DNA of 64,000 nucleotides, from assembly GCF_009914755.1 (NCBI RefSeq), contig NC_060947.1, one strand, 5' to 3'. Positions within the stretch are counted from its first letter, which is position 1; each line of letters opens with the position of its first letter. This DNA is from the human T2T-CHM13v2.0 reference genome, Homo sapiens. The translations under genes were made by a program, and so were the position numbers. This document shows positions 1 to 19,150 of this stretch, in pieces. Under the pieces are notes generated by a model. The model was not told the origin of the DNA, did no database searches, and saw nothing but the letters and a program-made list of their open reading frames with translations.

Positions 1-1250
<1,250 letters not shown>

Positions 1251-1682
1251 TCCAAGGCCTCATTGCACAGCAAAATTATCTGAAGTGTTTGTAAACTACA
1301 GATCTGAGGTATTACCTGGGAATATGTATTGTTAACAAACACTCCTGGTAATTCTGATGAAACAGATCCACAGAATGGTAGGCTGAGAGGAGTTTTACTT
1401 CTCTAGTTAGTGTCTCTGTATTAAAATCTACAGAGAATAGTTTTCTTTCAGCCTTAGCACCAGGAAAGGTTTATTTCTTCTGAATATCTAATATGCAGTT
1501 ATAATATGGATAGTACAAGTATGTAAACTTGGCATGTTGACTTCTATTTTCTTTGTTGGCTTCTAGTTTTTATCTTTATATCGGAAGGGTAAGTATTTTT
1601 TGCCATACAAGATTATTATGGGACTCATATGATAAATATTGACTGAGCACTTACTGTGTGCCAGACACTTTTTATAGACATA

Positions 1683-4002
1683 TAGGCATACCTCAGAGAT
1701 GTTGAGGGTTAAGTTCCAGATCACCTTAATAAAGTGAATGTCACAATAAAGCAAGTCACACAAAGTTTTTGGTTTTCCGGTGCATATAAAAGTTATGTTT
1801 ACACTGTACTGTAGTCCATTAAGTGTGTAATATCATTATATCTAAAAATGTGCATGTCTTAAAAACACTTTATTGCTAAAAATGCTAATGATTATCTGAG
1901 CCTTCAGCAAGTTGTAATCATTTTGCTGGCAGAGGGCCTTGCCTCATTGTTGACAGCTGCTGACTGATCAGTGTGGTGGTCGCTGAAGGTTGGGGTGGCT
2001 ATGGTAATTTATTAAAATAAAACAAGAATGAAGTTTGCCACATTGACTCTTCAAAAAGTTTTCTCTGTAGATGCTGATTGATAACATTTTACTCATAGTA
2101 GAACTTTTCTTCAAAATTGAAGTCGGTCCTCTCAAACCTTGCTGCTGCTTTATCAATTAAATGTATGTAATATTCTAAATGTTTTGTTATTTCAGCAATG
2201 TTCACAACATCTTCATCAGGAGTACATTTCATCTCAAGAGACCATTTCTTTACTCATCCACAAAAAGCAACTTCTTATTCATTCAAGTTTTATCATGTGA
2301 TTGCAGAAGTTCAGTCACATCTTCAGGCTTCACTTCTAATTCTGTTTCCCTTGCCATTTCCACCACATCTGTGGTTATTTTCCCCCATGAAATCTTGAAC
2401 CCCTCAAAGTCATCCGTGGGGTGTTGGAATCAATTTCTTCCAGACTGTTAATCTTGGTATTTTGACCTCCTTCCATGAATCACAAATGTTCTTAATGGCA
2501 TCTAGAGTGGTGAATCCTTCCCAGAAAGTTTTCAATTGACTTTGCCAAAATCCATCAGAGGAATCACTATCTATGGTAGCTACAGCCTAATGAAATGCGT
2601 TTCTTAAATAATAAGACTTGAAAATTGAAATTACTCCTTGGTCCATGGGCTGCAGAATAGCTATTGTGTTACCAGATGTGAAAACAACAATAATCTCCTT
2701 GTACATCTCCATCAGAGCTCTTGGGTGACTAAGTGCATGTCTCAATAAACAGTAATATTTTCAAAGGAATCTTTTTTCTTGAGCAGTAGGCATCAACAGT
2801 GGGCTTAACACATTCAGAAAACCATGCTGTAAACAGATGTACTGTCATCCCAGCTTTGTTGTTTCATTTACAGAGCACAGGCAGATTTAGTATAATTCTT
2901 AAGGGCCCTAGGATTTTCAGAATGGTAAATGAACTTTGGCATCAGCTTAAAGTCACCAGCTGCACTAGCCCGTAACAAGAGAGTCAGCCTGTCCTTTGAA
3001 GCTTTGAAGCCAGGCATTGACTTTTCCTTTTTAGCTATAAAAGTCCTAGATGGCATGTTCTTCCGATGAAAGGCTGTTTTGTCTATATTTAAAGTCTTCT
3101 GTTTAGTGTAGCCAATTTCAGCATTTACTTTAGCTAGATTTTCTGAATTACTTGCTGCACTTTTTATATCAGCACTTGCGGCTTCACCTTGCACTTTTGT
3201 ATCACGAAGATGGCTTCTTTCCCAATCATCATGAAGCAACCTCTGCTAGCTTCCAACATTTCTTCTGCAGCTTCCTCACCTTTCTCAGCCTTCATAGAAC
3301 TGAAGAGAGTTTGGGCCTTTCTCTAGATTTGGCTTTGGCTGAAGGGAATGTTGTGGCTGGTTAGTTTGTATCCAGACCACGCATACTTTCTCCATATGAA
3401 CAATGAGGCTGTTTTGTGTTCCTATCATTTGTGTGTTCACTGGAGTAGCACTTTTAATTTTCTTCAAGAACCTTTCCTTTGCATTCACAACTTGACCAAC
3501 TTTGGTACAAGAGGCCTAGCATTTGGCCTATGTCAGCTTTCCATTGATTTAAGTAAGAGATGTGCAGCCCTTTCACTTGAACACTTAGAGGCCATTGTAG
3601 ACTTATTAATTGGCTTAATTTCAATATTGTTATGTCTCAGGGAACAGGGAGGGCCAAGGAAAGGGAGAGAAATGAGGGAATGGCCAGTTGGTGGAGCAGT
3701 CAAAATACACACGACATTTATCAATTAAGTTCACCATCTTATATAGACTTGATTCATTGCACCCCAAAACAATTACAACAGTAACAACAAAGATCATTGA
3801 TCACAGCTCACCATAAAAGATATGAAAAGTTTGAAATATTGCGAGAATTACCAAAATATGACACAGAGATACCAAGTGAGCACACACTGTTGGAAAAATG
3901 GTGCCGATAGACTTGTTCTATGTGAGGTTGCCACAAACTTTCAATTTATTTTAAAAAACCCAACACAGTATTTGTGAAGCACAAAAAAATGAGGTATGCC
4001 TG
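1683..4002 (-). mobile_element. Tigger1 (Tc1/pogo) DNA transposon, near full length (2320 bp)
   Basis: Terminal inverted repeats (c/t)aggcatacctc ... gaggtatgcctg, TA target duplication at 1681-1682 and 4003-4004, transposase remnants inside. Confidence 0.95.
1885..3595 (-). pseudogene. Tigger1 transposase remnant (frameshifted, with stops)
   Basis: Fragments [37 protein letters not shown] and [28 protein letters not shown] in ORFs 3533-3724, 3285-3488 and 2868-3239. Confidence 0.9.
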
Positions 4003-4113
4003 TACATACCTCAAAATAACCCTGTGTAGTAGGTACTGTTTTTTGCCCACTTTATAAATGAGGAAACTAAGGCTCAGTGAGATTCTATAACTTATTTAAG
4101 ATTGTACATTTAA

Positions 4114-4460
<347 letters not shown>

Positions 4461-4484
4461 TTAGAGCCCAGGATTGTAACCATT

Positions 4485-4912
4485 ATGTTATTCAGGACGG
4501 GCCATTATGTTGCAGGAACAAACAACTTTGAAACTTATTGCTTAAAATAACAAAGGTTTATTTCTTGTTCTTGCTACATATTTTTGGTTGCCTCAAGGTC
4601 TGATTCGTGTCATCATCACTCCAGGATCCAGGCTGACAGAGCAAATGCTATTACTAGCATTGCTGGTCACCTTGACCGAGGGGAAGAAGAGAGTTTGTGA
4701 TATATTGCTCATTGGCTCTTAAAGCTTCCACCCATAAGTGACATATGTCATTTCCACTGAGGCATTGTAGGCCAAAGCCAGTCACATGGAGATACCTAAC
4801 AAGTGTGTGTTGAGGGGTGGGACTCGGGGTCAGGCCTGGAATGCAATCTCACTATAATGCTGGGAGGGAGGAGAAATGTAGGTATTTGTGGAGCAGCACT
4901 AATGACTACCAC
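4485..4912 (-). mobile_element. Ancient MaLR solo LTR (MLT1J/K-like)
   Basis: 'cttaaaataacaaaggtttatttcttg', 'ggccaaagccagtcacatgg', terminal 'gactaccaca'. Confidence 0.6.
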
Positions 4913-5444
4913 AGCAGTTTTCAAATGTGCTTATTGACATAAAACTATTACCATGATTATTAATGTTATTCTTACATAAGAAGCAATGAGGTGGGTTTAC
5001 ATTTTTTGGCACGGTCTTTTTTATAAATCATATCATCAAGCCTACTTATGTGCTACAATTAAACAAAACAATAAATATATAAAACAAAGCAAATAAATGA
5101 GCAAGTTAGAATCTGAGCTGTTTTAATGGACAGATTTGAATGTGGCTTTCTTCTTATAGAAGGGTATGGTTTTTACCTTCTAGAAATATATTAAAAGAAA
5201 AAATGACACTAGAAGGAATTAAAGTTTAATAAATGGGGTTATATATACAAATTGGAAGAAATGCTGTAAACAGTTAAAGAGGTTTACTCTGATTTTGGGC
5301 CTGGCTGATTTGAGAGAAATTTCATGCATGTAATTGTCACAATGCCTAACATAGCCCTTTATAATTTTTAAACTGCTCCTACAGAATTACATGAACTAAT
5401 AAATGTGAAAGAGCTTTCTGTAAACTGTAAATTCTTTGCAAATG

Positions 5445-5670
5445 TAATCATTATTATTGCATAATCTTATTTGGTCCTTACAATTAGCCTGTGAAGTAGA
5501 TATAATGGTGTTGGTTGTTGTTGTTTTAATTGTTCCCATTTTATAGTTGAGGGAACTCAGGTGTATTAAACTACTCTCCATGGTCGTGTGGTTGGTAAAT
5601 AGAAAACTCAGAGTAGAACTCCATCTTGTGACTCCTAGGTCAGCCCTTTATCCACTGCACAGTGCTGCCT
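5445..5670 (-). mobile_element. MIR
   Basis: Core 'cccattttatagttgagggaactcagg'. Confidence 0.7.
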
Positions 5671-5745
5671 CTCCAGCCAAATTTTTGGGTGTAACTTAAA
5701 TACATAAGAGAAATTTAAAATGACCCAGTTGAAAGACTAAAGAGT

Positions 5746-6050
<305 letters not shown>

Positions 6051-7254
6051 AGAGTAAAGAATTCTCAGTTTTCCAAAACACAGCGGGCATTGTGCAGGCA
6101 AACAAGTCAAGCAGAACCTATTGCCTTCTGATAAGGAACTCCTGAAAGGACTGAATGTTCTAAAGCTTAACATTAATAGTAAGAAAATGATCTTTCCAAG
6201 GGGCCAATTAGAGGCTTGATAACCTGATATATTTTACAGAATGTCACAGCTCAAGGAGGCTGAAGAAAAGTAGTTATGCTGGCCTTGAGGAATTGCTCAA
6301 ACTGAGTTAGTAGCATTGCTTCCGTTTTTATGAAAGAGAATGCCTTTCTAATTTTAGAGTTCTTCAAGAGGTGGCTGGGTTTTTGTGCCGAGGGAAACTT
6401 TTCTCAGTGCTCATCTCAAGAGATGCCTGTGAAATCATTTTATATCCTGTTTGGAAAAGGAAGACAATGTGGTAGAATTAAAAAAATGAGTTTGCATAGA
6501 AAGTTATCTTCCCCAGAAGAGATGGTAGAAATAGGGCTCTACAGCCATACTTATTACTTTTTTCCTGTTATAGAGCTATGTGTTATCAGTTCAATGCAGT
6601 TATTTGGATCCTTTAACTGTAATGTGTCTCCTGATGTTATGCAGTAAGAACTGTTTATTTAGCAGATCATTCAAGAAGGGACAGAGACTTTTTAACTCCT
6701 GGAGGGTGTTGGGTTTTTCCCAGCTTCTCAATAGCGCCACTGTAATTTATTTTGCAAATTCCAATTCTTAAAGCATTAAAAAGTAGCTCATAAGACAACC
6801 TTTTTATTTTCGAATCCATTGTTTCCTCTGGTAAAACAGTAAATATTCCAAATACAAAGACCCAGGGAAAAGAAGAGAGTTCCCATTAAGGACCTGAGGT
6901 CTCTTTACAGGCTGGCAATTACTGTGTGTAGCTTTGTTTAAGTAACTGAGGTTGGATTATGTCCTGAGAAGCCATTTTTCAAATTTCATTTTAACCAAAA
7001 TTTTACATGTACTTTAAAAGTAGGAATTCCATCTAGAAAGAGAAAAACTTAGAGAAACCTAGGACACAAATCTGTAAAATTATCAAGTGGTCTGGTGGTT
7101 GCTAAGTCCTGGAAAACTAGGGGAAGATTAGACTAGAATTGAAGGTATTCTTTTCAGAACCAAATGCAGTGAGATTACTCTGAATGGAGAGTATATTTTT
7201 AAGACGTCCATTATCTACAGAGAGTGTGTAAATGTAAGGATAAAAAAAAAAGGA

Positions 7255-7435
7255 TCCTAATGAGTATTTGGCATATATGGTCCCATTTAATCCTCACAAA
7301 CTACTCTGGAAAGTACATATCTTATAAAGAAAATAATAAGTCACAGACAGAAGTTCAGTAATAGGCTTAAGGGTAATAAATAATAGAGCTAGAATTACAA
7401 CCCAAATCTATGAGACTCTCAAAGCAGTGCTCATC
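7255..7435 (-). mobile_element. MIR fragment
   Basis: 'cccatttaatcctcacaaac' and 'agagctagaattacaacccaaatct'. Confidence 0.5.
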
Positions 7436-8079
7436 TTATCATAGTAGGTTCAAGAAGACCTTAGGTAAACCCTTAGTAGACAGATATATAGAGAGAGTTA
7501 TTAAGGAAAACCAAGAATATTAAAGCTCCCCTTAGTATTTGAGACTGATATCAAGGACAACTAGGCCTTTCTACCTTGGGCCTTGGAGACAGAACTTGAA
7601 GCCAAGTAGACTGCACAGCTGAGGTTGCAGTCATGCCAGGCTCCTGTGTAGGCCAGTTAGCAATAGGTGCCTTTCAGTTAGATCAGTTAGATCACATCCA
7701 TAGCTCAATCAGCTAACGCCAGAGTGTCCTGGTGCAAAGCATTATGATTGTTGGGTAATATGTGACCTATAAGGATTTTTTCTGGTTACTTTGTTCACCT
7801 GGTGCTTGTTATTGGCATGCAAGATCCTGTCCTGTATAGGTGGATATATAGAAGAGATCTGTCTAGGATGGATTTTTCACTTGCTAGTATTGGACAAACT
7901 GCCTCTAGATCCAAAATAAGATTTATATTCATTAAGATCTGGCTTAAATGGAACTTTTTCACCTAATAAATATTTTTGTTATATGATATTTTCTAATTTT
8001 TTTGAACTGATGTCTTATCATTTTTACTCCCTCAAACTGGATCTTAATATGCATTTTTCACAAAATTTTTGAGGGCCCC

Positions 8080-8900
<821 letters not shown>

Positions 8901-9159
8901 AAAAATTACTATATTTCAATAACTCTGAGATTTTGTCTTAGACCTGTCAGCAGGATGTAACCTTTTTTTTAAATACTATGTTTTAAAAAAACTGGTGAAA
9001 GAACATACTCCTGCTTATTTGATCTCCTGTTAATATCTGGCTGAGGTGGCCTCTGTCCTTCCCACTTCATTGTGTTCTCTGGTTGCTGGGCTGACTCATT
9101 TAATCAAAATAAAATCTTGGCCCAGTCACGATCATTTTTCTATCTTCATCTTAATAATA

Positions 9160-9385
9160 ATGATAATAAAAATATTTTATATTTATTGCAGGTTTGCCAT
9201 GTGCCAAGTACATTTTTCAGTTAACCCTTACAAAAATCTAATGAGTCAGGTACTATTACTATCTCTTTTATCCAAATAAGGAAATTTGCTCATAAAGGTT
9301 AAGTGATTTCCTAAGATCAAGCAGATATAAATAAGTGATGGAGCCAATATTGAAACCGAGGTCTATCTGACGTCAATGTCCCCAC
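9160..9385 (-). mobile_element. MIR
   Basis: 'taaggaaatttgctcataaaggttaagtgatttcctaagatca'. Confidence 0.65.
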
Positions 9386-9837
9386 ATTCTCCTTCTTTCT
9401 TCCTCCTCCTTCCCCTAGGCCTCCTCTTCCCCTCTCTTCACATATATTAGCTTTTTCATAACACAAAGAAGAAAACAAATAAATAAAACACTCATAATTC
9501 ACCTCCTAAATAACCCCTGTTAGCATAAAAAGGGCAATATATGTAGAAAGTTTGAAAGAAAGTTGAAAATCCAGATAGCGCAGAAAAGTACAAAGTGCAA
9601 AAGAGAAATTTTCTCTGTCCCCCCTCAAATATCTCTTCCCAACGTGTACCACTGTTAGGAGTTTCTAGTAGTTTCTTCCAACATCCATTTTTTCTTTTTT
9701 ATTTCTAATTAGTATTCCATGGTATGGATATACCACAAGTTTGTTTAATCATTCATCCTCTGAAGGGCATCTGGCATGATTCAGTTTGTGGCCATTACAA
9801 ATAAAGCTGCTATTAACATTTGTGTACAGATTCATAA

Positions 9838-10203
<366 letters not shown>

Positions 10204-10599
10204 TAGCATGGTTAGATTTTTAAGGAACTGCCAAGCTTTTGCAGAATAGAGCTACCATATTGTGAGATTATTACCTCATTTTTTTTGAAAAGCACATGAA
10301 TAGTATTTCAGTTTTCATAAAATTGAGTTTCTTCATATGTATACATTCTTTAACCATTTAATGTTCCCGCAAGCAATGTATGAGTCATCCAGTTTCTTCA
10401 CATCCTCTCTAGCATTTGTTGTTGTCATTATTTTTCATTTTAGCTATTCTCAGAGGTGTATAGTGATATTTTGTGGTTTTGTTTTGGATGTCTCTGATAG
10501 CTAATGATGCTGAGCATATTTTCATGTGCTTATTTGCGATCCGTATATCCTTTTTGGGGAAATGTCATTTGTCTGTTTTCTAACTGGATTGTTTCCATT

Positions 10600-10880
<281 letters not shown>

Positions 10881-11321
10881 TCCTTTTATATTTTTACTGT
10901 AGAGCTTTGAGAATTCTTTGTATATTCTAGATACTTCTACTCCATTATCAGATATGTCCAATTTCTCTAGCACCATTTGTTATGAAAGTTATCCTTCCTC
11001 TATTGGATTGCTTTTGTACTTTTTTCAAAAATCAGTTGGACATATTCTTGTGGGCAATATTTCTAGAATCTCTATTCCGTTCCACTGATTTATGTGTATA
11101 GCTTTCCACCAATATCACACTGACTTGATTACTGTAGTCATATAGTAAGGCTTAATATTTAATAGACACATTCTTCTCACTTTATCTTCAAAAGCATTTT
11201 AGTTATTCTAGTTTTTTGCCTTTTCATATAAATTTTAGAATAATTTTGTCAATATCACAAAAATGTCTTGCTGGAATTTTGATATAAATTGAGTTAAACC
11301 TTGCTATGGACAGAATTGTGT

Positions 11322-11930
11322 CCCTGCCAGATTTATAGGTTAAATCCTTAACCCACAATGTGTTTGGAGATGGGTCTTTAGGAGATAATTAAGGTTAAAT
11401 TAGGTCATAAAGATGGGACCATGCTATGGTTTGGTTATGGTTTGTCTCCATCAAAACTTTTGTTGAAATTTGATCCCCAATGTGGTGGTGTTGGGAGGTG
11501 GGGTCTAGTGGGAGGTATTTCGGTCATGAGAGCCAATCCCTCATAAATGGCTTGGTGCTATTCTCATGAGAGTCCTCTTTCTGGCGAGATTATATTAGTA
11601 CTCGCAGTAATGGAGATTAGTTCCCATGAGAGTAAGTTGTTAAAAAGCTAGAAACCCTTTGGATTTTGCCTCTTTGCATGTATCTGCTTCCCCTTTAACT
11701 TTCATAATGTCACGATGCAGCACAAAAGGTCTCAGCAGAAGCCAGGGCCATGCCTTTGAACTTCCCAGCCTTCAGACCCATGAGCTGAATAAACCTTTTT
11801 TCTTTATAAATTACCTAAACTTAGATGTTCTGTTATAACCACAGAAAACAGACGAGATAGGCCATAATCTGATAGGAATGTGGCCTTACAAAAAGAGGAA
11901 TATCTGTTCCTCACTCTTTCTGTCTCTCTG
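11322..11930 (+). mobile_element. MLT1A/B-type LTR fragment, split by an MST LTR
   Basis: 'tgctatggacagaattgtgtccc...ggagataattaaggttaaattaggtcataa' resumes as 'taatctgataggaatgtggccttacaaaaagagga'. Confidence 0.7.
11422..11859 (+). mobile_element. MST (MSTB/C-like) solo LTR
   Basis: 'tgctatggtttgg...gaaatttgatccccaatgtgg...aataaacctttttctttataaattacc'; 5-bp flanks gacca/ggcca. Confidence 0.8.
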
Positions 11931-11934
11931 CCAG

Positions 11935-12590
11935 GTATTACTAGATGGGGGTAGAAGCTCAAGTTTTTCACTCTGCTTCTATTGCCATTTGAGGTATGAG
12001 GCATGGAGCTATTTATTACTGTTGGATGAGAGTGGAAGTCCAGTCTCCTCCCATGGTTTCCACTGACACTGTCAGGGGGAGGGACAGGCTCATCACTATC
12101 CTTACTTGGCCTTCTCTGACCACCATAGTGGGGGTATTGGAGCGTTTTGTTGCAGCCTGTTGAAGATAGAAATCTAGACTCTCCACTTTGCCTTACTGGT
12201 GGGGGTGGGGGTAAGGCCACCGTTTTTTCTGTGGAGTTTGTCTAGAATAGGATAGATATTGTCTAAATTGTTTTCTGTCTTTCTAGGCTGCCCCCTTTTT
12301 GGTCCTTTGGTTAGAGACAGAAGGCCATTTTAGTCTGTGTTTGTTGATGTTTCCAGGTTGCTGGCTTATTCAGCTCCAACTCTGGGATATTGGAAGCAAA
12401 AAGACAAGCCAAGGAATCCACCACCTAGTTGCTCCTCGGGCCCTGATGTCCTTAGCAAGTTAGGCTTTTTCTTTCCTTCAGAGTCTTATTTTGTTTGTTT
12501 TATGTATAATACTCAAGAGTTTTAGTTGTACTTAGGAAGAAGAATAGCAAAAATTATGTCTGCTCCATCTTTCTGAAAGCTGATGTTGGT
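11935..12590 (-). mobile_element. Ancient L1M 5' region fragment
   Basis: Minus strand reads 'aagatggagcagacataatttttgctattc...taagtacaactaaaa', resembling L1MC/MD 5' ends. Confidence 0.55.
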
Positions 12591-12610
12591 TTTAGAACTT
12601 TAATGATTTC

Positions 12611-12938
<328 letters not shown>

Positions 12939-13631
12939 TTAAATGTTTCATTTTATTTTTACTTAAAGAATGAGGTAGGGGTTTAGCCTTTCTTAAATTT
13001 CAGATGATCAGTCAGTTGATGCAAGCCCAATTATTGAATAATCCTTCTTTTCTTTGCCAACTTTAAATGCCACTTTTATCACAGAACTATTTCTATATTT
13101 GCATAGGCCTATTTTCATTCTGTCTATTCTCTTTTAGTGATCTTGGTTTTTTCTTTATTATCATATGGTTCTAATTAGTAAAGTTTAATAATAAGTTTTA
13201 ATAGACAAGAGCTATACTCTTGACCATTTGACTGGTCTCCGCTTCATTCATTTGGAATCTCATTGGCAGTAGAAAGATGTCCTGTATGATTTTCACAAGT
13301 GACGATGCCACCATGTTTCTTCTCTGCCTATTGTGATTCTAGTGCTTGGCTGGATACTGGGATGTTAATTCTCTGGGGCAGGAAAGAGAATCTTGGAGGA
13401 AAGAGAGAATGCCTTCTGGCAAAGCCTCAATTCTTTCAGCCAAATAAGTTAGAAATGCTTGGTAGATGCTACTCTAGAGGGGATGGAAATTTGCAATTAT
13501 TTTTCTAGCTTTGCAATCCAGCATGTTGCATCTCTGCCTTTTACCTTCACAACTTTCTGAGAGCATCAGTAATTCAATTTCACCCCTTGTTTCTAATGAG
13601 GAAAGTATAAAGACAACTGTATTTGACCTAG

Positions 13632-14069
<438 letters not shown>

Positions 14070-14228
14070 TAAGGGAGACTAAGTAAACTGGAAACTTTTT
14101 AGAGTATTTTTTATATATATATATATCTGGGGTGTAACACATTGATTTTTCTATCAGTGAAATGTAAACTGATCTGGGCTTCAGTCTTTGCAATCTCCAA
14201 GTTACCCCCTTTGCTGCAGCCAATATGA

Positions 14229-15360
<1,132 letters not shown>

Positions 15361-15657
15361 GTACTGTAGCTTTAACAATAATTATGATAATAATAGTACC
15401 AAATACTACAAACAGTTACTTATTACTAACCCTCTTCAATACACTAACCCTGTAAATATATTACCTCCAATTCTTAAAACAGTCTTCCTACTTATTATAT
15501 AACTGCTACTCTGGGCATTATTAATTGTAATGCTGACTATTTGTTTGAAACGAAAATATCATGTTAAGTGATTATCTTTCTGTTTCAAGTTTATTAAAAT
15601 TTTATGAGGAATACAATGTGGAATTTGATGAAAACCTTTTTATATCTACTAAGATGA

Positions 15658-16046
15658 TGTCTCTATCCATTCAGACTGCTATGACAGAATACCTTAGACT
15701 GGGAAATCTATAAAGAATATAAATTTATTTTACACAGATCTGGAGACTAGGAAGTCTAAGATCAAGGTGCTAGTAGATTCAGTGTCTGGTAAGGGCTTGT
15801 CTCTGCTTATCAGATGGCACCTTCTCACTGTGTTGTCACATGATGGAAGGAGCAAATGCTGTATCCTCACATAGCAGAAGGGCAAAACAGCTCCCTTGAA
15901 CCTCTTTTATAAAGACATTAATCGCATTCATGAGGGCTTTGCCCTAATCACTTAATCACTGAATAAAGGCCACACCTCTTAATACTATCACATTGATGAT
16001 TAAGTTTCAGCGTATGAATTTGCGGGGACACATTCAGACCATAGCA
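15658..16046 (-). mobile_element. MaLR solo LTR (MSTD/MLT1A-like)
   Basis: 'gctatgacagaataccttagactggg...gaagtctaagatcaagg...ggggacacattcagaccatagca'. Confidence 0.8.
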
Positions 16047-16463
16047 GATGGTCATATAGATATTTTTGTTACTTTATTGATGTGGGATATATTATGGCTG
16101 CAGATTGCTAATTAAAGGATGTGACATTTGAAGAATTACTCCTACTTGTTATCATGGTATTTTAATCTTTTAATATGCTGTTAGATTTGATTGAGTTTAT
16201 TTAGCATTTTAAAATCTATATTCATAACCGAGATGGGTTAATTGAGATGAGTCAGTACCTTTTTGTGTATGTATGTGTGCACATGCAGATATGCATGTGT
16301 GATGTCTTTATCAGCTTTGTTATCAGAGTTGTACTACCCTCATAAAACTGGTAAGCCTACACAATATTCTCATAATTTTTTGTTTAGTATCTGTCCCTCC
16401 CAGTAGATTATAGCCTCTGTGAGGACAGAAAGCAAGTCTAGGGTAATCCTAGCACAATACTTG

Positions 16464-16619
16464 GCACATTAAAATTAATATGTAAATATTTGCTGAATGT
16501 TTAAATGAATCCTGGTTTTGTAGACGGGAAAGTGAGGCTCAGCACCTTAAAATTAATATGTAAATATTTACTGAATGTTTAAATGAATCCTGGTTTTGTA
16601 GACAGGAAAGTGAGGCTCA
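16464..16619. repeat. 78-bp tandem duplication
   Basis: Units 16464-16541 and 16542-16619 differ at 3 positions. Confidence 0.95.
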
Positions 16620-16999
16620 GAGTATTTAAGTAATGTGGTCAGGATCCTATAGTTAGTAAATGGTAAAGCCAGTCCTAAGATAACTATAAATAGAATAAAT
16701 AGAATCTAATGGCCAAGAGTTGGGTAAGAAAGTAGGGTGCATGGATTGGAAATTTGAGGCTTTGTGGTTAGAATTTCAAAAATGCAAAATCAAATCTCAA
16801 AGTCATCTTCTTCTGTTTTGGTTCAGACTTATGGAGTCTATTCTGCCTTCAGAGTCTGTGCAAGCTTCCACTTTATCATATGGCCTCTCCAACTACCTAC
16901 ATCTTTTTACATATGCAGAGTGTATTGCATAATGTATTGTCCTGGGCACCAGGATGTCTGATCCTCCCATTCATACATATATTATGTGTTGTCACTCAT

Positions 17000-17345
17000 A
17001 TCCGTACATTTGCCCATGCTGCGCTCTATGCCTGAAATGCCATTTCTCATTTATGTAGCGCACTCTTACTAATCCTTCAAATTCTTCTTGCTCTGAGAAG
17101 CTTTGTCAGGCTCCCCCTTTCCCTGCAGAGTCAGTCAAGTGTTTTACTTTTGTGTATATTCAGCACTCTGTGATTATTCCATTCCAGCATTTATCATACT
17201 GTTATAACTGTGTGTGTTTAATGGTCTCCCTTCCTGATAGGTTGTGAGCTACCTGAGGTCAGGAACCATGTCTTTTCCCCCCTAGTGCCTGGAAGTGCTT
17301 GGCATATTTTAAGCACTTACTAATTGTTTCTTGAATATGTGAATC
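17000..17345 (+). mobile_element. L2 3' fragment
   Basis: 'tgtgagctacctgaggtcaggaaccatgtc...cctagtgcctggaagtgcttggcata'. Confidence 0.6.
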
Positions 17346-18140
17346 CACAGACAGTCAAATGAATGAACAACAAAATAAAATTGCTCTTTTCATACCAGAA
17401 AACAGCTATCTTTTGTGAAGGGAACAGGGCAAGAAAACATGCTCATGCCTTCCACTTTATGTGCGTGGCTGAGATCTCTCCACTGTCAACCATTTAGGAA
17501 ACATTAGGGCTGGAACAGATGGCCTCGCTATGCTGTGAGGCATTCTAAAGGGTGGTCTGAACAATACAGCTTCCACTAGTGTGCCACAGTGCCTGGAATG
17601 CTGCCACCACAGCCATTCCTTTGGGGTAAATACTGTCTCCAGATGGCCACTCCTAAAATGTACATATATTATCTGAGAAGAGTAGCCCTGTAAATTATCA
17701 CTCTTTCCTTTATCCACTTAGATTTTACTGGAAATGGGCTATAATATATAGAATGGGTGAATCTGGGTGGCAGTGGGGTAGGTCCAATGGATAGAATTTT
17801 CCTTGTCTGTAATTATTTATCTATCCATGAGATTAATATGTGTCTCCCCCACTATACTGTGAGCTCCATGAAGGCAGAGATAGGTCTTCTTTTTTACTCA
17901 GTACCCAGTGTAATACTATATATACTGACCTATATATAGTAGATGTTCAATAATGTTTGATGACTGACTGATACTACGGTCACATACCACTTTGACGTAC
18001 TTATAGACCTTATATCATTGAACCTCATTTGTTTATTTACATTTTATCAGACCTTGCTTTTATGCAGCCTCACTCAAATTGAGGAACATTAAACCTATGG
18101 GTTTAGACTGCCCATCCCAGCATCAAATCTGACCAGTGCA

Positions 18141-18546
<406 letters not shown>

Positions 18547-18857
18547 TTAAGGAGCCACAGCATTTCTACTAATCCCTGATGTTCTGATCTTCAAATAACC
18601 CTGATTGGCTCTTTCCATAGTCCCATCCCTACCTTCATGGGATTGGATCATGCTTTCTGTACCCTCAGATTCTGGCTATGTCACTGTATTATAAGATTGG
18701 ATTATAATTATAATTTTAGAGTGTGAGCTTCTGTCAGGTACTTTATTATATTCATTGATGTACTCCTGATGCCCAGTACAATTCTTGGCATAGAGTAGGT
18801 GTTCAATAAATGTCCACCAGATGAATGAATGATGAAACCCTTTCCAGAGAAGGTATG

Positions 18858-18860
<3 letters not shown>

Positions 18861-18895
<35 letters not shown>
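18861..18895. repeat. (TC)n microsatellite
   Basis: About 17 perfect TC units. Confidence 0.95.
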
Positions 18896-18902
<7 letters not shown>

Positions 18903-18914
18903 GATCTTGGACTG

Positions 18915-19150
18915 TAGTAGTAATAGCTATCATTTATTGTTTGCATATTCTGTGCCAAGTCCTTTGCTAAGCATTTTAAGAACTTTAAAAAAGTTGGCGT
19001 AAGGGTGGCTATGAAGCAGGTAGTATTATCTCCATTTTACAGATTCCTAAACTGAGGCTCAGAGACATTAAGCAACATGACTGAGGTCACAGGGTAAGTT
19101 GTGGAACAAACTCATATTGTTATGATTCCAAAGCCCCCATACTTTCCATT
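18915..19150 (-). mobile_element. MIR
   Basis: 'ctccattttacagattcctaaactgaggctcagagacattaag'. Confidence 0.75.

Noticed and set aside
13225-13410. Minus-strand acceptor ctctttcctgccccag at 13373
   Set aside because: All frames stop quickly and no convincing donor follows; at most a non-coding terminal exon
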